From: Eledone cirrhosa
Taxonomy: Eukaryota
Length of the DNA: 64,000 bases
Direction: 5' to 3'
Assembly (NCBI GenBank): GCA_964016885.1
Contig: OZ024740.1
Location: 330,460,001 to 330,524,000 of the forward strand
This document shows, piece after piece, positions 57,225 to 64,000 of the stretch (the stretch's first letter is position 1; each line of letters starts with the position of its first letter). The notes beneath the pieces are model-generated. The model did not search any database and was not told the DNA's origin. It was given only the letters and a program-made list of their open reading frames with translations. Both the position numbers and the translations under genes were made by a program.

Positions 57225-58559
57225 CATACATATGTATAATACATGTCTCTAACGCTACACTACTCGACAACAAAACACGCCAGACGCAAACTAGCCCGAT
57301 ACATAACAGGCCAAATACATTTACGAAATTAGATAAAATTACAACCCATTCACCATATCGGTATATTATTCATCAGGCTTCTAACCCCGTCAATATATTG
57401 TTTCTGTTGTGCTGTGACTGACGTCTGCAAATAGCTTTGCATGTTATCGTTATATAGTTTAGAAAAAATGCAGAATACTATTTCTTAAATATATAAATTG
57501 CTTACACTGTATCGATTATGTGCAGAATATAGCATTGGTAAAATACAAAAGTGAATGGTATTTGTAATAAATATGTTATTCTAAAAATAGTCTTGAATAA
57601 GCAATAATGTTTGATTTACATTTATATGTCTGAGTATTAGAACCTATTTCCATACACACATTCACTGACATAACTGATATATAGATATATTCATGCGTTT
57701 CTGCATGTGTGTATAAGTGTGTATCTTTCTCTTCGCTTGAGTATATAAATTGACTCATACATACGCAAACTCACAGCCTTTTTCACACCCAAGAACACAC
57801 ACACGCACATATTCACAAACATTGACACACACATGTACAAACACACATATATACACCCCCCCACAAACACATGCACATACATACACACGCACATACATAC
57901 ACACGCACGCACACATATTTATATATACTTACAGAGAGACAGAGAGTAATAAAAGAGAGGGAGAGATAGAGAAATAGAGTGCTATAGATTGATTTGATTC
58001 TCATCAACAATATATGTTTGAGGTTTCAACTTCAAATATTAAACATGGATGGTGTGAGCATTGCCGGTTACGATATTATTAGTTTAAACTGGATACATTC
58101 AGCAAGGTTTCAACAAAGTTTCCTTACATTTCCACTGACATCCATTGTAAATTCATCTAGTGAGAGCGGATAGTAATACTTTGTGTCAATGATTCGGTAG
58201 TATAAACAACATTCTTCCTTCTTTCGGAGTTTAAACATGGACGTTGAGTTATTATGTTCTTAATTCAAGTTATTTTAATTTCCAATCTTCGATTCGAATA
58301 TCTACGACATGATTCGGCTAATATGATATCTTATTATTTTAATATACGAAATGGAAGATCTGTTCATAATGACCACTATAAATTTAATACATATTTTCTG
58401 AAATAATAAGGATCTCGATTTAATTTGATCAATATTGACCACCACCCCTCCGCCAGTACTAAAGCACTGGAAGCACACATGCATTCAAAACCATGAATCA
58501 TGAAACTCTCATCCCCAACAGGAACCCTGTGATTAAAAAGCAAGCACTTGTCAACATGA

Positions 58560-60560
58560 TAGGACTGGCAGCACAAGCAATATTATAACAAATTGGACAA
58601 ATGAAATGAACTCCCCGAATCAAACAAAACAAAATTCAGGTAGATGATTTTGGATGTGGTGAAGAATATTAGATTATTTAAATTGTCGAAACCAAAACTT
58701 GCAGGGAAAGAGTAGCAATAAAACCAATCCGGTGGGTTAGGATTGGAAAAGATAGAGACAAGTCTGACATAGAATGAAATGGAAGAATATCTAGATTCTG
58801 ATAGAAACGGAAAGATGTGCATGTGTGGGGTGAACAGAAAATTGCACAATAATTCTTTGAGGCGGAAAACGCAAAGAAGTGGTTGATGGGAATAGAACAT
58901 GTTCCAATTGGAACGAATGGAAGAGTCAACAAATTGAATAGAATGTAAATTGATAGGGAAAGTAATCAAAATCTAATTTTGGAGTTGGAAACTAAAAGTG
59001 GAAACACCCAAATTTCAGAGGATCCGGCCGGAAACGTTTGTGAGGAAAAAAGGCGGGTGATATTTTTAAATATTTCATTCCTTACTCCATCAAAGAATAA
59101 AACATTGCATTTTTGACTGCCACTCATGCTGTTGCAAAGAGATGTGGTTTTAATGGAAAGTGAATGAAGAAGAACGATTGTGAAAACTGTGCATTTTCAA
59201 ATAAATAGATCAGCTTAGGACATATTTGAGCAAACCAGAATGTAAATATGCAGATAACGTGCACAAGAAATATGGGGCGTACCAAAGGGATATGATTTGG
59301 CAATGAATAAATCAAATTATTAGAACAGCTGCAATAAGGGGATGGGGATACAGTAATAGAATCAATTCAATCAAAGGAGTGTTTAAAAAAAAACAATAAA
59401 AGAAAACACTATTTGAAATTTTGGAGTAGGCTTAATAACAGTTTTGAAAAGATATATCGGAAAATGAAGAAAAGTGCAATCTATAAGTAGAATGGATTAG
59501 AGAGATAGCAGAATAATTGATATAAAAGAGAAAGCAAACAAATGTGACCATTAAGAGATGTGTGGCTACCAATTAGTATAGTTAGTACCAAATAGGAAAT
59601 TTTCTGGACCGATGGCCTACAAGTATATTGCTTGAAATACATTCCCTTTTTTGACGAAAGACGGCTGAAATTCTGGATGAAAGTAGTCAAATGATTTGGC
59701 TGTTATTGACAACTACGATAATAGTATAAATCACCAGCAAATCAGGAATGTGCGCTCCGTAGAGCAGAACATATACCAGGAAGACCAAGAGTCATATATC
59801 AAAGAAGTAAAAGGCAAAAGTAAAGAAAAGAAAGACAAAACTGCTTCTAGAATGCAAAGGTACTGAACACAGCTATTCATGGAACACCCTTGTGAACACC
59901 AAAGCGGAATGAGAGGAATTCGGGGCTGGATCAGTAAAATCTATATAAAAGATGAAAGAAGTAGTTTTCATAGCGGCACAGAATCAATGTTCCCAGACAA
60001 GATTCGTCGGAAAACACACTGGTGGAGAAGTTGTAACAGATCAGTGTCAAATATGTGGGATCACGGAATGAAATTTTACTCATATTGCCAATGAATTTAC
60101 ATGACTAAAACAAAAAGCAATATAAATTATGGGGACACGATTACGTGATTCAGATTATCCATTGGATAACTTGTCGCAAGTTCAAATTCATTTGCTCTGA
60201 GATATGATATAAAAATCTAGTTGAAAGATTGACTAAAATGAAAAGGTCAATTGTTGTGGAATGTTCAGATACAGGCAGACAAATAAGTGAAGACTGTATG
60301 CCAGTTATTGTTTTGGTTAACAAAGATGAAAGAAAAGTGTGGATAAATTATGCCTGTCCACATTACACCAGAGCACAAATGGAGAAAATCCCTTAAAATT
60401 AAAAAAAAACTTGCAGCATGATATTTTGCAGGATTTGGAATTAGAGAAGGTTAGAGCTGATATCATTTACCATTGGAACTTTGGTTATATTGTCAAGTGG
60501 TCTTAAAAGATTGTAAGACAAGATATGTATAGAAATGGTGATATTGTAGGCACGGATATT
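58560..60560 (+). mobile_element. R4/Dong-like LINE, heavily degraded
   Basis: Fragmentary HG..W..E..AAQ.Q region near 59875-60000, knuckle remnant near 60040-60095, endonuclease remnant near 60250-60520. A-rich sense strand. Confidence 0.55.
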
Positions 60561-60749
60561 TGATCTTTTGATATGTATGGAATTCCTGAAGTCAAATGCG
60601 ATGACTTTTTAATTGATAACAATTCTAGTTTAAATATCTATATTAATAATTATATCAACATTTGGACTCAAACAATTACGTTTGGTTTCAAACATTAACA
60701 CAAAATGATTGGCTGCTGAATATATTTTCAGATCTTGAAAGGAAGAAGG

Positions 60750-61016
60750 TGTTACAAATGAAAGCAGAAACAATTGAGAATACACGTTGAAAATGACGAT
60801 TCTGCAATAAAGGCCGCAAATAACATCAAAGCTTTGGCAAAATATGAATGTCAACAGAGATGTGCATCAAATGTCAGTGATAGTCGGTGCACCTGGAGAT
60901 TTTAAAAAAGGGAACTAAAAAATATCTGGACCAGATTTCTAGAAATCCATCACTGCAAAACATACAGGAAGTCGTACTAACTGGCACTGCCCATGTCATG
61001 AGAGATGCATTATGAA
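60750..61016 (+). mobile_element. R4/Dong-like endonuclease 3' fragment
   Basis: VIVGAPG...KYLDQI...SLQNIQEVVLTGTAHVMR terminus. Confidence 0.6.
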
Positions 61017-61169
61017 TTAGGATAAATTGCAAAAACATTTAATGTTGTTCATTTCATTATGGTATCATTTGATTACAATTGATTGTAAAATGCGTGTATT
61101 TCTTGGGAGTCGGGTTGACACTCTGCAAGATATGGGAAAGAGACAAAATTCAAAGGAAGTTTCAATTAA

Positions 61170-61520
61170 TGGTTTCTGATTTAAGCACTAATGAAAACAA
61201 ATATTTTTTGTGGGAAGGAAAAGTCGATTAAATCGACCACAGTAGTTTAGTGGTTCAGTATTTTATCGATCACGTAAGGATAAAAGGCATAGCTAAACAC
61301 GGTGGGATTTCCACTCAGAATGTAATGGGCCATGACTCTAATAATAAAAATGTTTTCTGATTTAGGCACAAAGCCATCAATTTTGTGGGGAGGGGAACGT
61401 CGATTAAATCGACTCCATTGCATTACTGGTAACGTATTTTATCGACACCGTAAGGATGAAAGGCAAAATTGGGATTTGCATTCAGAGCTTAAAGGACTCT
61501 GTGTCGCAAAACTGCATGTT
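61170..61520 (-). mobile_element. Two degraded SINE copies (Nin/Deu-like family)
   Basis: gtcgattaaatcgac...ttttatcgac...cgtaaggatgaaaggca repeated near 61220-61320 and 61400-61490. Confidence 0.65.
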
Positions 61521-61649
61521 CGACGATCCAGCGTTACTGACTATCTTCTTTTTTTAATATTGATAATGAAAGAGGTGTTGTTTCTATTTCATGTATTGCC
61601 TACTTCGAAATATATGTTCAGTGTCTAATAAAGTTATCTACTGAATTTT

Positions 61650-62150
61650 GCATCTATAGTGTACATCGTGGAGGTATTGTTATCTATCTACTTGTAAATA
61701 TTTCTATGATTGTCAAAGAACAAATTATTATAGGGGTTGTTCCTGTCTTCAACACACACATTAAAATTAATTATATCTCCATATCTTTATATTTGGAGTT
61801 TGTCTGCATTTTGGTTGTAGATATATTTTGATATGTGTGGAATTATTCGTCAATTAATATTAAATCATTTTTGTATTGTTTTGACTAAAATATCAGGTCG
61901 ATTGGATTCGACCACCCTGCCTGCATTTGTTTGTATATTCCAGATTATCATTACTTTTCCATTTTGACAGATACACGAAATTAATAAGTGAATATACTTC
62001 GCTTCATTTATATATTATCATAGAAATGTGTTTGTTGCTTTTACAAATTTGCTTGCAGACAAGAGCCACTACCAATCCGTGGTCATACATGTTTTCTCAC
62101 TTGTTTCCATCTAATATTATGGACACACCCAAAAGAATATTCAGTTTGAT
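61650..62150 (-). mobile_element. R4/Dong-like endonuclease fragment
   Basis: Minus-strand AGRVVESNRPDILVK near 61925-61880. Confidence 0.55.
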
Positions 62151-62694
62151 GTTACGAGTTTAGTTTTAGAAGCTGCATAGTATTTAAAACCTTCAAACAA
62201 TACCTCAATGAGAATTCAATGCTGCTCGGAAAATTCAAGTCACATATTTTAAAAATACAAGTGTATTCGAAACGTGAGCTTCGACACTTTTTTATGAAAC
62301 AAGATATCTTCATCACAAAACTGTATACGTATTCATTTCCCAAAGTCCCACCACTATAATCACCTACTCATAAATGCCATTAAATACGTAATAACCCCGA
62401 AGACAAATACGTCGGTAACGAACATTCACGCATATATATTATCCGAATCAATAATATGTTGTAATGCTCCCACCTAGATAATACGGAACTGCTTTTATCA
62501 GTTATGAGTGGGGCTAATCAGAATTCGTTTTCTAATGCCTGTCATAAAACGGCAAATTCTATATACATGCATTAATTCATATATTTACAAATGTTTCGTC
62601 AACGTACTATAGAAGAATATTCCCCATATATACACTACCATATTTATATATATATATATACATATATATACGTACAGACACATACGCGCGCGCG

Positions 62695-62754
<60 letters not shown>

Positions 62755-63293
62755 AATAAGCGTGCGTATGTATGTAAATCATATGTGGTTGTGTGTTTAT
62801 ACCTTTTTATAAACAATTAAAATATATTTCTAGGCTGATACAAAAAAAAATATATATATATATAACGCTGTAGCGATATATATCTCTTGGTTAAATGATT
62901 GCTTCGATAATTAATAAAATTGAATTTGTATAAATATATCGTTCGAGATTTTCTTCTCACCGTTATTAAAGATATTAATCGCTACAAATAGGCAATTTGT
63001 CATTCTGAACAAGATATAGAAAACTAAAGTAACACCTCTCATAGAAATGATTAATTATAAGAGAAAATATGATATACGAGACTTAGAAAAATAGCATCAT
63101 TTTCAACAACATATTATGTGAAATGCGTTAAATTGAATCTGTGAAGAGATATGTCCTTTAGCAAATTTTGCGAAAGATGACACAACTGAGAACAATATGT
63201 TGGGTGGAAAACATTTCAAAAATAGTTATTTAAATAAAATTAATATCGCCCAATAGAATTCCAGCGACTAAAAATCTGATTAGATAATAGGTT

Positions 63294-63342
<49 letters not shown>

Positions 63343-63398
63343 ATATATATATATATATATGGAGGAGGTTATAGTTCACTTGAAGCATTGTGTAATGA

Positions 63399-64000
63399 GG
63401 TATAAACGTTAGAACATTCTCCAGCATGGACGCCAGTATAAAGTTCAGCATAGAACACCCCGATGACCGCGGATCCCTATCCCTGCTGGACTTCCAACTC
63501 AGGGTAACAGAGGAAGGCAACATCCACACCTGCTTCTATAAAAAATCCGCCAGCAGGGACCTGTTCGTACATTTCAGATCGGCCCTCCCACTCGGTGCCA
63601 AGTTCGGATACATAAAGAACGAACTGGCACGTATCAAGAACAAATGCACCGACGCCAGAGACCGAGACACACACACCACACATTTCCTGGAAGTACTCAA
63701 ACTGAACGGATACACGACATCCACCACAAACCGTGCCAGAAAGAACAGAGGACACCACACCCGAGGCACTAACACTTGCTTCCTGAATCTCCCACACTTC
63801 AGTGAAGAAACAACAACAGCCATCCGCAGAGCCATCAGACGAGAAGGTCTGGATATTCAACTGGCCCATTCGGGTCCTTCTTTGCGTGGACGGCTAGCTA
63901 AGAGACACTCCACCAGACATGACAACTGCTGCAGACTAGCCAACTGCCCCATCAACGACACAGACCTATGCCACCAGGCTTACGTAGTTTACAGACTAGA
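63399..64000 (+). CDS. Penelope-like RT C-terminus, thumb, Cys motif and start of GIY-YIG; open to window end, 5'-truncated
   Basis: Stop-free frame (absent from the ORF track): FSSMDASIKFSIEHPDDRGSLSLLDFQLRV...FYKKSASRDLFVHFRSALP...FLEVLKLNGY...FLNLPHFSE...CCRLANCPINDTDLCHQAYVVYRL. Preceded by (TA)n and a ~40-nt extra piece. Confidence 0.85.

Overview
Eukaryotic, AT-rich, microsatellite-dense intergenic or intronic DNA with no recognisable host exon. The tRNA-derived SINE set and the (TA)n/(CA)n load suggest an octopod cephalopod (inference). Decayed retroelements fill the window: a CRE-like LINE, R4/Dong-like and RTE-X-like LINEs, SINEs, and several Penelope-like elements (PLEs) with hammerhead ribozymes (HHRs) in their pseudo-LTRs. 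The standout is a set of non-coding, HHR-carrying tandem elements (retrozyme-like): a 310-bp unit with 12 intact type I HHRs (32631-36429), a 465-bp family at two loci (46015-47032, 53301-54921) and a related ~480-bp family (24736-25826). All share a covarying stem II with a UAACAA loop and a palindromic stem III. Most are built as an inverted arm plus a direct arm with 3' ends running into (TA)n, like the neighbouring PLEs. This suggests circular or multimeric ribozyme RNAs retro-inserted into TA microsatellites by PLE machinery. Coordinates of degraded elements are approximate. All folding was done by eye.
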